Origin: Camelus dromedarius | Taxonomy: Eukaryota | Length of the DNA: 64,000 bases | NCBI RefSeq assembly: GCF_036321535.1 | Contig: NC_087436.1 | Location: forward strand, 34,784,001-34,848,000 | Direction of reading: 5' to 3' | Part shown: positions 13,206-27,236 of the stretch, piece by piece | How the letters are laid out: each line of letters opens with the position of its first letter | Position numbering within the stretch: position 1 is the first letter of the stretch | Made by a program: the position numbers and the translations under genes | Notes under the pieces: generated by a model | Told to the model about the DNA's origin: nothing | What the model saw: only the letters and a program-made list of their open reading frames with translations | Databases searched by the model: none

Positions 13206-14244
13206 GAATTTTATATTAATAGATGATTAAGTTTGATTTATAAAGCTATAAAACAAACATGTGAATCATCTTGGTATCATAGTCTTTCATGATCATTTTA
13301 AGATAAAGTGAATATTTTACAGTGTACTATATTGGAACTTTTCTTTTCAGACATTAAAACCAAGGTACTTCCGTTCATTAAAAAATCCTATTGTTCATTT
13401 TCTTTATTCTAGTGTCCTTGGCATAAACTGTTGATATTGGGATATATACTTCGATGCCAAAGATCCTGTCTTAACTCTGGATAGTTAATACATTGAAATA
13501 TCCTTAAAAGTTAATTGTATTAATTATGTTTAAAATTCTGACTTATGTCTCCAAAGTAGAATGTGAAATGAATATAAATTTAGCTGTAATGGAGAAATAG
13601 AGATTATAACTTGATGAAAGTAATATTTATGGACCTTATTAATTCTCTAAAATACTTGAGTGTTTCTGGTCTAAAGTGGGAGCCAATTCAACTGTTGTGA
13701 TATACAATACATTCACTTTTTATTGAAGAATAATACTTCTTAATACTATAATAAAGTTTTTACTAATGGCTTAGTTTTGCTAAGGGATAGACATTATTTT
13801 GGCCTTTATCTCTAACCTGCATAGATTTTAAGGGCATTGACATGACAAAAATGATGACAATCATTATTGAAAAAAGCCAACTCAATTTTCTCATCGTTGA
13901 AAAGGGACATATAAGTATTTCAGGGTGTCACATTTTGAAAGTACAAAATGTTCTATATGCGTTTTTTTTTATTTCATGACAATGTAAATTTAAGCATAAT
14001 CTAGTATTTTATATTTAGTGATGTTTACTCATTTTACTTTTTATTACTTAAGGAATAAACATTCGGGTTATATTATTGTTGATTCACGTTATGATTTTTA
14101 TTCACGGCAATTCCTTTGCAAAGAACACAGATAATGCTTAATGCTCCTCTTATATCCCAAAGGATGATTTGACAATTACTGACAATGGAATATATAAATT
14201 AAAATTTAAGCAATATGGAGGTTCTCTTTCTTATAATTTATATT

Positions 14245-16100
14245 AATTTGTTCATCAATTCTTTCACAAGAACTTATAATGTTCCTATCGAATATCTGCA
14301 TGAAATGTATTCCACCAGATTCTAAAGGTATACGCCTTTAAAAAAAATCAATCTGTGTCCCTGAGGAGTCTAATGGCAGCGTAGACAAACGCAACATGAC
14401 TGCTTTAATGCACTAGGCCTGACATCCAGTCTAAACACAGAGGAAAGAAGACCTAAGACTGCTGAAGGAGTTCAGCAAAGGTTTCACAAAGAAACTTAAA
14501 GCTGAAGGTTATGTAGGAGTTTTTATGGTGAACTGAAGATGTAGGAAGGCAGTATTCCACATAAAATGCTTCCAAAGGTCTGGAAGCATACAAATCTCAA
14601 GTAATTTAGTATGTACAAAGTGTATATTAGGGGATAAAGCTAAGAGATAATTAGGAATGCTAGTTAGGGGCCATATCATGAAGAATTATTCAGAAGAGCT
14701 CAGTTTTACATAGTTTAAAGGCAGCCAATGGGGGAGAAAACATTTTAACAAAGGAATATAGTGATCAGATTTTTTTTATATTCAAAAGATTACTTTTTCA
14801 ATAGTTTAGAAGATGGATTGCAGAAGTTTGAGACTGAAAGTAGGAAGACCAGAAGAGAGAGAGCGAAGCTGAACCATTTAGTAACAGTGAGGAGAAGTAA
14901 GAACAGATAGAAAAGATAAGTTGGGGGTCGGGAGGTGGAGTTTAATATGAAGAGTAAAGTAAAGGAAGATGGGTAAAGTGATTCCTACATTTTTGACTTG
15001 GACAACCAAGTGGATTATGTAGCCAAACAGTAAGAGGGAATCCAGGAGGAGAAACAGATTTGTGTGGGATAGGAAGATATGTTCATTTGAATTAAAATGA
15101 AAATATCATGTTGTGGGTATATTAAATGAGGTTGCTTTTTATAAAAGCAGCTCAGTGGCTCTCTGTGTTAGTCATAGTACATTTATTTATTCAACATTCT
15201 TGCAGAGGAATAACAATGCCAAGGCAGAGTAATGGGTGGGGGTGGACAGTGCAATAATGAATATGCATGCTCCCCACCCTTCAGAAGCTTACAATTGAGC
15301 AGGAGAGTGGCAATATACTACACAAATAATCAGTTTGTATCTTAAGAGATGTTCAGAATGATTAGGAGAATTCAGGTAAGAAAGAGATTATATTTAGTGA
15401 CAAGTTTCAGTAAATATAATTGAAAATAAAAGGTGGGATTTAAATTATACCAAAAGAAGGGAAAGGATTTTGATAGAAAATTTGGGGAGAGCATTCTAAG
15501 TAGAGAGAAGAGAATGGGCAGGAGGGCAAACCTTGTAGAAACATCTCATGGTTACCCAGTTTGACTGATGTGAAAATTGTATTTAAAGTAGTGATAAGCA
15601 GTAATTTTGGAAAACTACAATTTGACTTTTAAAGAGGCCAGGGAATCGGGACTTGACTTAGTAAATAACGGGAACCTACTGAGGGTATCTGAGAAAGGGA
15701 ATGAATGACCCACAGGATCTGTTCTTACTGAGATTAATTTTGAAGCTGGTTTAGCAGGGAGACCATTTAAATGGTTATCAGGGCTTACTTAGGAAAAAGA
15801 TCAGCTGTTACCAAAAAAGAAGGCAAGGGGAAGACCAATCCATGGGCTCTGTCTGCCTGTTGGAGTTGGCAAAACTGAAATAAATGATGACACTAGGGTA
15901 CCAACCTAACATCATTGGCTGCATCATAGCGACATTAACTAATAATAGGAAGACAAAAAGATTCTTGTTTTAGTAGAAAATAGTAAAAGGCCAAGGAAGA
16001 ATGCTATGAGGCGTTCAAATGATGTTGTCTAGCAGCCTTTTGCAAACAAAAAACTAAAGTCAAGAAAGTTTATGTCTGGATTTATAGATTCGCAGGGTGA
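14245..16100 (-). mobile_element. Cluster of degenerate L2 fragments
   Basis: Purine-rich antisense L2 signatures (ATTTATTTATTCAACA; AAGCTTACAAT; GGGAACCTACTGAGGG; GTGATCAGATTT). Boundaries approximate. Confidence 0.55.
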
Positions 16101-17533
16101 TGAAAATTAGTAACATATGATCTCTGTTGTAAAAATAATGATTCTTTCTTTCTGAAACATTTTGAGTCATTTATGTTTGTCCTACTTCAGATGACTGAAC
16201 TCTGTAGCTGCAGAGATATCTTTGCATCTCAAGCATTGTTGAATGTTTGGTCAGACTTTTGGCTGCCAAAAACAAGTCATTTAAACATGCTCCAGTAAGG
16301 GAGGTTTAATATAAGGCTCAGTAAGAAAGATGAGGCTTACACTGAAATACATGAGAAAGATCCAGAGCAGAAATCAGGACATAAGGGGACTGGAACTAGA
16401 TTCAAGGCAACAGTAGGGACTTGAGAAGCAAGAACTTATGGCTCTTCCCCTTTGAGACAGGCAGTGAATATGAGCCTGCTACCTCCTTTCTCATTCTTCT
16501 TCTTTGAGTCATTTTTATTTCTACTACAAACTGATTTTATTGTTCTATTTTTTTCTACTTTATAGTTTATACCTGATAATTTCTGGTTCTTAAACATCTT
16601 AACATGACCCATCACGGTCCTTATTTGAATCTCCAGGCTCTCAGCACCCATTCATTTCCAGCTCCTGCGGTTACCTACCTGATTTTCTCAGTAGATCTTA
16701 AAAAATGCTCCATAATATATAGTGTTATTGGCCCAATCTTGCTGGGTTTCACAGAGCTTTTCAGGCTTGTTCACCTTAAAGGCTTCCTGGCTAATCTATA
16801 AATTTCCTGACTTGGGCAAGCTGTTCATTCTTGATCCAGTGAACTAAAATCATATGGTCTCATGATCGAAAATGTGGCCACCTCGTGCTGTCTTCTCATT
16901 ACCAGTGTTACTGAGGTGTCTAGTATAGACACATTTTTTCCCACTAGATGTCAATTGTTAATAGTACATATATTTAATTCAAAAAGACTCGACTTACTAT
17001 ATAGCTATTTCTATAAAAGCAATGTAGAAACATAGAACACAACTATATTAAATACTATGGGGAAAATGAATCTATTAAAGTAAAAATATTCCTCACTGTA
17101 TACACTTGAAACATTTATAAAATTAATATAATCAGTGGTTTATTGTTAATAAACCGCTATGATCATGTTGAACTTATAAAGTTAAATTGGATGCAACTAG
17201 CGGTAAGGCATTTTGTTTGATTTCAACTTGTAAATAATAGTCTTAAATGTGGTGGTGACTTTATTTCATGTTATATTCTAGAGATAGTCTTTTGTTATTT
17301 TATTAGCATGTGTTTTCTTTTTCCAATTACCAGATAAACTACTTCAAGTCAAACGGTGCTGTAAATTAACATTTTATTCTCCCACAAAATCTAACAGGAT
17401 TGCGAGTAGACAATTAAAGGAATGTTGTTGGGTGGCTGATTGATTTCAGGTTTTATGAATTCATATTTCTTAATTTAAAGTTTAAGAAATTTGATATTTA
17501 TGTGCACATATATATAGGCATGCACTTGAGTAT

Positions 17534-17574
17534 ACACACACACACACACACACACACTCTCACACACACACACA
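17534..17574 (+). repeat. Interrupted (CA)n microsatellite
   Basis: Read directly. Confidence 0.95.
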
Positions 17575-18562
17575 TGATTAAATGCCTATACATTATAACC
17601 AATTGAGATCTCTTGCCCCCAAGTCCACGTAAGTGATAAAGAAATTACTGTAGGGAAATTTCATAAGCAAGTGCATGCATGTGATCACTCATCCTTATCT
17701 TGTCCTATTAAGCATTTGACTTTTTTGTATATTTATTAAAAATGTGAAGTATATAAATAATAAAAGCAAGAGCAAGATCTTTTATACTTTTCTGCTAACT
17801 CACTCATTAGCATGCAGGGATCTAACTGTATTTGTCATTATCTTTTTTTCTTTTTCACTTATATGGAGTTAATTTATGTCTCTATTAATTAACTCTCAAA
17901 GGCTAATAGCACACTCATGAAAAGAGCCAGATTCACTGCCCATTTCCAATGTGTACATATGGATACTGAAGATTAGGATTCAATTTTTGTATTATTAAAA
18001 CATAATTGTTTTCATCCTATTCTTTCATTTTCATTTTCTTCATGTTAGTGGTACAATCAAAAAAGAAGAGAGAAATGAATGAATAAAGGAGATATACATT
18101 ATATTTTTAAACCATTATAGTGACGACTCTGAAATAGCTCCTTTTATTCATGAAAGAATCAAAAAATCTTATATTAATTCCATGCACATTTAAGAACCAT
18201 TGTGGGCAAGTACTGTGCAGGCACTGATAATAAATCAATAAAACTGATTTCCTGCCTTTCAAATGTTTATATTATAGGAGGGGAAGACAGACTTGTAAAA
18301 TAATAAAGTGTTATAAAACCTATATTTGAAGTTCAGCAAGTAAAAATATCCGTCTCATGTGTGATGTGAGTTGCAAGTTGAACTGGCCACTCTTTTTCCT
18401 GGAACGCCATTTTCAATTGAAAGAACAACGCATAGACAAACAAGGATTATTCAAACTTGGATACCTGGGAGATATTTTTTTCAGAAATGAATAAGGTGAG
18501 CCTATTGCTTTAAGGAAACTAGGAGATAGTATTTATTGCCAATGACAACATTTAAGCTTTCA

Positions 18563-18730
18563 GCAGGGAGGGTATAGCTCATGCTTAGCATATACAAGGT
18601 CCTGGGTTCAATACCCAGTATCTCCTCTAAAAAATTACCAAGTAAACCTAATTACCTACCCCTAAATTTTTTTTTTAATTTTTTAAAAATAAAATAAATA
18701 AATAAATAGATTTTAAAAAATTAAAAAAAA
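18563..18730 (+). mobile_element. tRNA-derived SINE, Vic-1-like (camelid)
   Basis: GGGAGGGTATAGCTCA...GGTCCTGGGTTCAATACCCAGTA (B box)...AAACCTAATTACCT, an A-rich tail, and TSD TTAAGCTTTCA (18552-18562) / TTAAGCCTTCA (18731-18741). Confidence 0.85.
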
Positions 18731-18966
18731 TTAAGCCTTCAAACTAAAAACAGAATTTTGGAATACTAAATTCCACCTCTGTGAACTTGACCAATGTTTC
18801 TGATGTGAATTGTGTTGATGTTAACAAATGAGATTTCTTTTGGATGTTGTACAATGAAATGTGTTTGGATAACTCAGTGAGTTCATATTTTTCCAAATGA
18901 TCAATGCATGATGTTATAAAATCATGCATGAATAAAAGATCAATTCGAAGTTCAAGATCAATCAAG

Positions 18967-19323
18967 TGCTATAGACTGAATGTTTGTGTCCCCCAAAATC
19001 TGTATGTTGAAACCTAATCCCCAATATGCTCGTATTTGGACGTGGAGACTTTCGGAGATGATTAGGGCATCTCTGTGGATTTGTGCTCTTATAAAAGAGA
19101 CCCAGAGAGCACCCTTGCCCCTTATGACATACAAGGGCCCAGAGCAAGATTGCTGCCCACGAATCAGTAAGTAGACTCTCACCAAACACCAGATCTGCAA
19201 GCGCTTTGATCCTGCCCCCACCCCAGACTCCAGAACTACGACAAGTAAATTTCTGTTGTTTCTAAGCCCCTCAGTCCATGGTGTTCTATGCTATGCTTAT
19301 AGCATCCCATACAGACTAAGACA
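18967..19323 (+). mobile_element. MaLR solo LTR, MLT1A0-like
   Basis: Begins TGCTATAGACTGAATGTTTGTGTCCCCCAAAA and ends CAGACTAAGACA. Confidence 0.9.
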
Positions 19324-20234
19324 CCAATTAACTTTATTATAACAGAGAACGAAAAGTTCATTGATGAGGATTCAGACTCCATACTCAAACTAAAGCTTTA
19401 AGTTGTTACCATTTGCCGAGTTTTGGTATAGTATAAAAGAGAATATTAAACATCCGAAAAAGCTCTTAAAATACTTTCTCTTTTCCCATTACATATTTGT
19501 GGGAGGCTAGATTATTTTTACATACTTCAACCAACACAGCATATCATAAGAGTACATGCATAGGCACATAGGAGAATCCAGCTGCTTTTATAAAACCAAA
19601 CATTAAAGACATTTGCAAAATACAAAACATTGACCTCTATCACGATTTTTTTTGGAAAATATACTTATTTTTTATAAAATTATGTCATTTATATTTAAAT
19701 GTAATGGGTTTATGGTTGTTATTTAAACATAATGTATTTACATATCCTGTTTTAATTTCCAATATAGTAAATATCTGCAGATATAATCTATATAAACACA
19801 GTTCTTTAGCTGCTTTAGGAATTTTTAAAAGTGTGAAGGTATTCTGAGACAAAAAAACTTAAGACCAGACGGAAATGATCTGGAGGAAAAAAGCATATGT
19901 AAGTGACTGATAGTAACAAGTTACCTTACTGTTTACTTGAAAACACCTAAGGGTGTCTCTCTAACCTGTCTCCATAATACAGGGTTTCATAATTTTAGTT
20001 CTGCCCCTGATAAAAAGAATATAAAATCTAGAGATCACTTACACTTAAAATCATCCAATCCACCCGCCTCTTCCTCAGAACTGCAGGCTGGAGGGCTTTG
20101 CTGCCTTTTGTTTAGCTTTCCTTATCTTTAGCAAAGTTGCACTGGAAAAATATTTACTCTAAGGTCTACATTATCTCCCTTCGATTTTCTCAGTGTGTAA
20201 TTTCCTCTATTTTAACATTGTTATTGGCATTCTA

Positions 20235-20730
20235 TTTGGAACATATTGAATTCGAAATCCTGTGTGAAATCCAAGTGGAGAGCGTGGTGCAGAGAAGACA
20301 GGCAGGACCGGGCATACCCACCTGGGGGGTCCTTCACATATAGACAGTAGCAGAAGTTGAAGGTGCGAATGAGAACATGTGAAGAGAGACGAGGACAATG
20401 GCTGGAACCCTGGGGTATGTCCACCTTTAAGGGAAACATGGATGAAAATGAACCAGCAAAAGAAGACTAGAAGAGATAGTCAAAGGTTTGTGAGATAAAC
20501 CAAGTTGGAAATAAGGGGCTGTTCAACCATGTCTTTCTGACATGGTAAGACTGATTAAATGAGGAGTGAGGAGTGGCTCATTAGCAGGTCATTAACGACA
20601 TAACCAGAAATGGTTTTGGAAGGGTTGTGAAGGTAGAGGCTGGATGACTAGATGTTTCAGAGAAAATGGGAGGTAAGAAATTGGAGTTAAGAAACACTGA
20701 ACCTGCCCTAATATTTCCAGAAATTTGGAG
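20235..20730 (-). mobile_element. L2 fragment
   Basis: GAACATATTGAATTCGAAATCCTGTG..ATCCAAGTGGAG; GAACCAGCAAAAGAAGACT. Confidence 0.6.
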
Positions 20731-20872
20731 TTAAGGACACAAGCCAGTAATCGCACCTTCACATTGCTAGGTGTGCTAATGAGTGGATATTGTTGCTGTT
20801 GTTTAGTTTTGGATTTACTATTGAAAAAAAAAACCAAAAACTGATGAGCTATGCACAGGAAGCTCCGCGGGC

Positions 20873-21261
20873 TGTGTCAGACTGCTGGGCTGCTACAACA
20901 GAACTCCACAGAATAGGGCTTCAACAACAGAAAAGTACATTCTCGTGGTTGTGGAGGCTGGAAGTCCAGGATCAGGGTGCCGGCAAGGTTGGTTCCCAGT
21001 GAGATCTCCCTCCTTGCCTTGTGGACACAGCTGCCTTCTCACTGCGTCCTCGCATGGCCTTTCTTCTGTTCATAGACACCCCTGGTGTCTCTTCCTCTTC
21101 TTATGTGGACACCAGTCCTATTGGATTAAGGCCTCACCTTACAACCCCACTGAACCTTAATTGCTTCCCAAAAGGCCCTATTTTTAAGTAAGGTCACATG
21201 GGGATGAAAACTTCAACATATGAAATTAGGGAGAGGGAGGAGACAAAATTAGTCTATAAAA
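20873..21261 (-). mobile_element. MaLR solo LTR, MLT1B-like
   Basis: GGAGGCTGGAAGTCCAGGATCAGGGTG; GGACACCAGTCCTATTGGATTA; ACTTCAACATATGAA. Confidence 0.85.
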
Positions 21262-21974
21262 AGTACAGAGACGAGTACCTAATATTAAGTGAAGTGTCAG
21301 AGGTTTAGTGATCTGGTATCTAAAGGGTGAAAAAATGATGAAATTGCAGGTTAGGGCAGAGGAAAAAATCCAGGGAACTGCAGGTGGTGTATGTTCAGTA
21401 CGTAACAGGAGGGACAGGGAACACAAGTGGGGAAATCACAAAAGACATCTCTAAAAAATGTGGAAACTGCTGTTAACTCAGAGACGGCTACGGCAGCAGC
21501 AGTGTTAGGGAAAGAATAACTACTAATAATACAGTGCTTTGCCTTTATTTACTCATATTTTTTCTGAGGCTTTTATTATGAAAAAAATCCTATGATGAAA
21601 AATGAATCCAATAACTTACTTGATTTGCCCAAGATTAGAATTAGAAACCTGCTATCTGGGTTTCTAGTTTACTCTTCTGATAAGCCTTCATGCTCAGAGA
21701 ATCCAACAGTTTAACCCAAATGGCCAATAAAATAGAATCCAACTTAATATATGGCATTTTATTTCATCAATACTCTTCAGATAACATTCAATAAATGTAA
21801 ACAGTGTGTCTGTGGGAACCCATAACTCAAAGGGTGTTTCCAGCAGAGATGTTGGCCTGTGCTCCTGATTGCAACTAAAGGGGCATATTTCATGTGTATC
21901 GTTGAGGTACTGAATGCTTTTGATTGCTTACAATTAAAATGGGCTCATACACTCAAACACCAGGACAAAATTTG

Positions 21975-22378
21975 AAATCAAAGAGACGAAATCAGAGAGA
22001 TTTAAAGCACAATGAGGATTTGATATGTCTTTGCTGGCTCTGAAGAAGGAGGGGGTCGTATACAAAGGAATGTGGCCGGTCTTTAGGAGATAAGACTGGG
22101 CCCCGGTGAACAGCGAGCAAGGAAATGAGGACCTGCGAGGGACTGAATTCAGCCAACAACCTAAAGGAGCTCAAAAGCAGATTCTTCCTCAGAGCCTCAA
22201 CATAAGAGTCCAGTCTGGCTTACATCTTAATTTTGTCTTTGTGAGACTTTCAGAAGCAAAACCAGATGAGCATACCGTACCCAACTCCTGACCCAGAGAA
22301 CTGGGAGACGACAAGTTTGTGTTGTTTTAAGTTACTACATTCGTGGTAATTTGTTACATGGCTACAGAAACTAACACA
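21975..22378 (+). mobile_element. MaLR LTR 3' part, MLT1E-like
   Basis: AGCAAGGAAATGAGGACCT; CTGAATTCAGCCAACAACCT; TGGTAATTTGTTACATGGCTACAGAAACTAACACA. Confidence 0.8.
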
Positions 22379-22399
22379 GTTATAAACACTCTGGCCCCA

Positions 22400-23746
22400 A
22401 AATGGGGAAAACGGAGTCAGTTTAAAATCTTGCTCGGACGGCTGCACTAGGCTTCAAGACCTGGGAATACCCTCTGTGGCTTTCCTGTCTGCCTTCGGGG
22501 ATCTCAGTTCTGAGCCGGCCTTCTTTTCCACGACAGATAGATCCTATTTGTAACTGAGTCGTCTTACCAGCCCCTGCTTCCTGCCGGGAGAACATGGGGG
22601 TGCTGAGAGTCTCCTTTTATTCCATATTCTTTCTGTCCCTTTCAGTCTCAGCTGGCAGTTCTCCTGCTGATCAAATAGTCCCAAGTACCTCGTGGCTTTA
22701 TGTAGATTTCTGGGGGTTCACTCCATCAGACAAAAGGCTCCCACACAGATTTTTTTCTGAGGTAATTCCTTTTCTATTTTTGGCTTCAGCTAAGATGGCT
22801 AAAGAACACTGCCAGTAAGCTTCTTAGAGGTTTTCTGGTTTGATGGAGATTACGAAACACATCTTTCATCTCTGGTGATTGAACACCCTGACTTTTTGAT
22901 CTTTGCAGGGTTGCAGAAAAAGATTGTATGGCCACACCCACAGGTTTTACTCTGTGCCACCCTTTCAAGAGTAACCTCTTAATGTTAGCATCTTTTGCCA
23001 TCTCTATAGGCTGAGGATTTCCTAAATCAGCATGTCCTGGTTCCTTTTTATTTGACAATCTCAATTCAGTATCCAAATTTATTATTTACAAGTTCTGCTT
23101 TCTAAATAATGGCAGGGAACAATTTTCCTAAACTTCGCGCTACTACATCACAAGCATCTCTCTTCCTCCAGTTCCCAGTATCACCTTCCGCACTTCCTTC
23201 TGAGCTCTCACCAGTAGCGTTTTTCGTGTTCATATTTCTACTAAGAGTCTTTTCAAAGCAATCTAGGCTTTTGCTATCAAGTTCCTCACAGTTCTAACAG
23301 CCTCAGCTCATTGCCTGATTTCAAAATCCCTTCCACATTTTTGGGTATTTGTTACAGTAGCATTCTTGGTATCAAAATCTATATTAGTTTTCTATTGCTG
23401 CAAAGCGGAACGACCATAAACTTAGGCGCTTAAAACAGTGTCCACTTATGATCTCACAGATTCTGTACATCAGACGTCCAGGCAGGCTCAAGGGGCTTCC
23501 AAGTATTCAGGTTAAAATCAAGATGTCAGCTGGCTGTGTTTTCATCTGGAACTTATGGTCCTTTTCCAGGCTCACGCTTGTTGTTGGCAGAACTGATTTC
23601 CTTGCACTAAGATCACTATTTCTTTGTTGGTAGTTGGCCAGGAGTCACTGTCAGCTCCTTGCAGCCCTTCTACAATCCTTGCTCATGGTCCTGTCCATCT
23701 CCAAAAGCAACAATAGTGCATTGAAACCTTCTCTACTTCAATCTCT
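22400..23746 (-). mobile_element. MaLR internal sequence (~22400-23379) plus adjoining MLT1E-like LTR part (23380-23746)
   Basis: LTR/internal junction TTCCACATTTTTGGGTATTTGTTACAGTAGCA..TTGGTATCAAAATC|TATATTAGTTTTCTATTGCTG is typical of MLT1-int. Confidence 0.75.
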
Positions 23747-25034
23747 TAGTATTAAAAAAAATTCTACCTAAAAACTGTCACTTGAGTGTAGTTCTGTTGT
23801 GAGGCTTCAACTGTGATTTCTCATTTTTATTTAGTGTGTAATTTGTGGACTTTGGTTCTGATGTAACCTCCCCACGTGAATTTTTCAGTAATCATTTCTG
23901 CCTCGGTCTGAGAGCATACCTTGATTAAAATATTTTCCTCTCCCCAACCTCCAGCTATTGTTATCGAATAACAGCACCTTGTTCCTCCTGAATTTCAGGA
24001 ACTGTGTGAGCATTTCCTTTATGTAACCTGTGTACCTATCCGAAAGTCTTGTTTTAATCTTATCAATTACAGATTATAGACTGAAATGCCAGGTACTTAC
24101 TTATGTAACATTTCTAAATTATTCTGGAAGCAAATAATGACTATATATAAACAAATACAAGTAGAAAAAGTATATATTCTTTATTCATTTTAATTGGAAA
24201 TTAGCCAAATCAAACTACCAAGGATTATAATACTTGTTAACATTACAAAGGTTATATTAAATAAGAAATATATGTTAAATAAGAAATCAGCTATTGCTAA
24301 TGATAGTAAGTGTGAAATTATTGTTGAAAAATGTTCATGTTGATGAACCTTTCAACACACACTAGTTAATTTTTTAATAATTAACTAAAACTAAGCAAAA
24401 ACTAATACTAGGCAAAAATTCTACTTCACTTTGCTATTTTAGGGTTCAACAACCAACAACTAAAGAAGATAAAAATAAGTTGTTTTTAACTTCCTTAGAT
24501 TGAAAAAATTTAATTAGCGATAGAATTACAAGTTGATTAAAATCAGAACATTGAACTAGACGTATAGAACTGGAAAACAGAATACTGTCTTTTGTTATGT
24601 AGTAATTTATATAAGTAATATTCCATTTAAAGTCAAACATTATCAGTTTCTGTTCAAGTATGATATTCACATTTTCTGAGCCTTAATGCCTCAAAGTCCT
24701 GTTATTTTGAGTGAAAATGTAATTTTTTATAAATACAAAACCCCAAACTGAGAAAAATATCAGTGCAGATGGACTTTTTTTTTTATCTTTTGACTGTACT
24801 CCTGTGTTTTCATGTTAAATGGCCCACTGAATTTAGGGGAAGCTGTTTAAATCAGAGTTTCTTAGTTTCTTAATCTGGAGTCCTGTGACAGAGAAGGGCA
24901 TTATTCCTTTAGAATTAACAGCCTTTGTGTATGTGTGCATTTTTCTTTCTTCTGGTGGAGAATTTACATCACTTGCCAAATTCTCAAACATTTCCATTTG
25001 CAGTACTTAAAAAACATGACCATAATATTTTGCA

Positions 25035-25431
25035 CCTCACTTCATCTGAAGGTAGAGTCTTTCCCCTCTGCCTGAATCTGTCCTTGTGAATTTCTTTGAC
25101 CTATAAAATGTAGCAGAAGTGACACTGGGTGAGTCCAAGAGCAAGGCCTCAAGAGGTTTTCCAGATTCTGCCTTCTCTCTCACAGAACTCCAAGGCCATC
25201 CTGCTGTTAAGAAGCATGCGGAGAAGGCCATCTCATTCTTTGCAGCCAAACCCATCTAGCTGGTAACCTAAACATGGGAGTGAAGCCAGCTGAATACAAC
25301 TAAATGAGGGAGCCCAGTGGAGAATAGCAGAGGACCCACCCAGTCCATCCAGAGAATTGTGAGAAATAATAAATCTGTTTAAGTCACCAGTTACATTATG
25401 GTGTGTGATGTAGCAACAGATAACTGACACA
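25035..25431 (+). mobile_element. MaLR LTR, MLT1H/G-like
   Basis: TTTGACCTATAAAATGTAGCAGAAGTGAC; AGAATTGTGAGAAATAATAAAT; GTAGCAACAGATAACTGACACA. Confidence 0.75.
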
Positions 25432-27236
25432 CTCAGAATCTAATACTCCAAAAGAAACTGGTATAGAGGCAAAAAGCAAGTTCACCTTCAAATGCTTTTC
25501 CCTTTACTACAGAGCCTTTTTTGACAAATGTCCTAAAAAAGGAGACTTTTTGTCAACATTTGATATTTGTTTTTTACTCTCTAAATCAAAAGAACAAAAT
25601 GTTTCAGAGAAATAAAATATTTTAAAATTAATTTTAATTCAATAAAAATTATATATAGATTTGGTTTCCTTTGAAGAAGTTAAAGTTTCCAGGATTATTG
25701 TGTCCATTCAAGAGCGCACAGGCTTCAATCCACAATCAGTTTCTCACGGTTAAGCAGCCACTTCTGCAGGTAATACTTGCTTTACCCTGTTACTGCTTGA
25801 TTTCTCCTTTTTTGTGGTTTCTCCTCCTCGGCACAGGGAAGTAAAAAATCTTTTAGGGGTAAAGTTGATCTACTTCAGTGCAGGAGATGGAGCCCAAATC
25901 TGGGAAATCTTGTTTCCTCGGTCAAGAAGCAAGAGTTACCCACCTTAGCAGACTGCAAACCAGGATATACCGACGGCACATGGACTGGTAATTGCTTTCT
26001 TAGGTGCCTAGTAAGGTTACCTTACGATTGTCTTCATCCCAAATTCTTGTGACATTGTCAGTGAATTTCTTGACCTTCTTTACGCAAACATGTAGAATCT
26101 CCAATGTGAACTTTTAAAAGCTCTCTTGTTGGAGGGGTGGGGGGGGGGGGAATTCTCCATCTGAGAAATTGATCATTTTATGTTTACTGTGTCTTGACTC
26201 AGAAATAATTATATATATATAGATTATCTATTCTGTATCTTCTTTGCCCTGGTCTGAATAAATAAATATAATATGAAATTAAATGTTGTCTAACTTAGAG
26301 GTGATCTCAATTCTGTAGTCACTGATAATTTACAGATAGATGGTGTTGCTTTTTAAGCCATGATTTATTCCATTGTCATGTGACACTAACATGCTTAGCT
26401 TAACTTTTCATGTGCATCTGCATTAAAATAAAATTTAAAAAAAATTTCAGTTATCCACTCACCACCTGTTTTTATATTATATTTTCATTGTTAATGCCTT
26501 TACTGATTATCAGTGTAACAGAAATATTACAATTTTAGACAGATTTAAGTAAAAAGTTCCTTCTTAAAGTTCAGAATGTTAAAGTAAAACAGAACTACTT
26601 GGTAAATATTCATCTGAGGGGAAATAATCTGATACCAAGAAAATGAAAGAAGTTATTTTGACTTTCTCATATTATTTTTTTTTCTTAGGATTTAAAAAGA
26701 ATCTTGATATAGTAGTCTAAATTTCTAGTCTTCTATCATTTTTCTTAGTAGGTGACATCCTTCCTAGCTTTATTGAACTTCTTCCCCAGTATGCACTATG
26801 GAATGAGCCATTTCAGTAATGACATGCATATGCCAAAATAATGTGTTTCCTTAACCTTTTGATATTTTTCTTTGGTAATTCCCAGCCCTGGTTTGCCCTC
26901 CTTGTCTGCTTTTTTCATTCCTGCTTCAGAGATGCTGAACATTCCTAGAGGTCACAAAATTATGCAGATACTGCTAATTGTCTTCCGAATGAACTTCCTT
27001 TACTTCTTACCAACAGCATGCTGCTTTTTCTTTTTTTTTCAGAGCAGCAACGTGTTCAGCCTACCTTCTGTGGTTCTGGTAAATTAGATGTGTAAATGTG
27101 TAATGAGAATTACTGGGTAGGTTATACCTTCCTGATATAGGTGCCACCCATTCTTTTATTGTCTACTTCATTCTTATCTTTTTCTTGTCCCCAATGGATA
27201 TGAGAATCTGGAGAAGGAATGTCATCTTGAGGTCAC

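Larger units (their letters stand above)
18355..19868 (+). mobile_element. Charlie1-like hAT DNA transposon 3' part, interrupted by a SINE and an LTR
   Basis: TGAGTTGCAAGTTGAACT..., GAAAAGTTCATTGAT...CAGACTCCA, GAGAATCCAGCTG, CTGAGACAAAAAA. The sequence resumes collinearly across both insertions. Confidence 0.8.

Noticed and set aside
18563..18625. tRNA-like sequence
   Set aside because: Damaged A box, SINE body, A-rich tail and TSD show it is a SINE, not a tRNA gene.
26131..26150. Poly-G tract (G12) with possible G-quadruplex
   Set aside because: Isolated homopolymer with no supporting context, and its length is prone to sequencing error.
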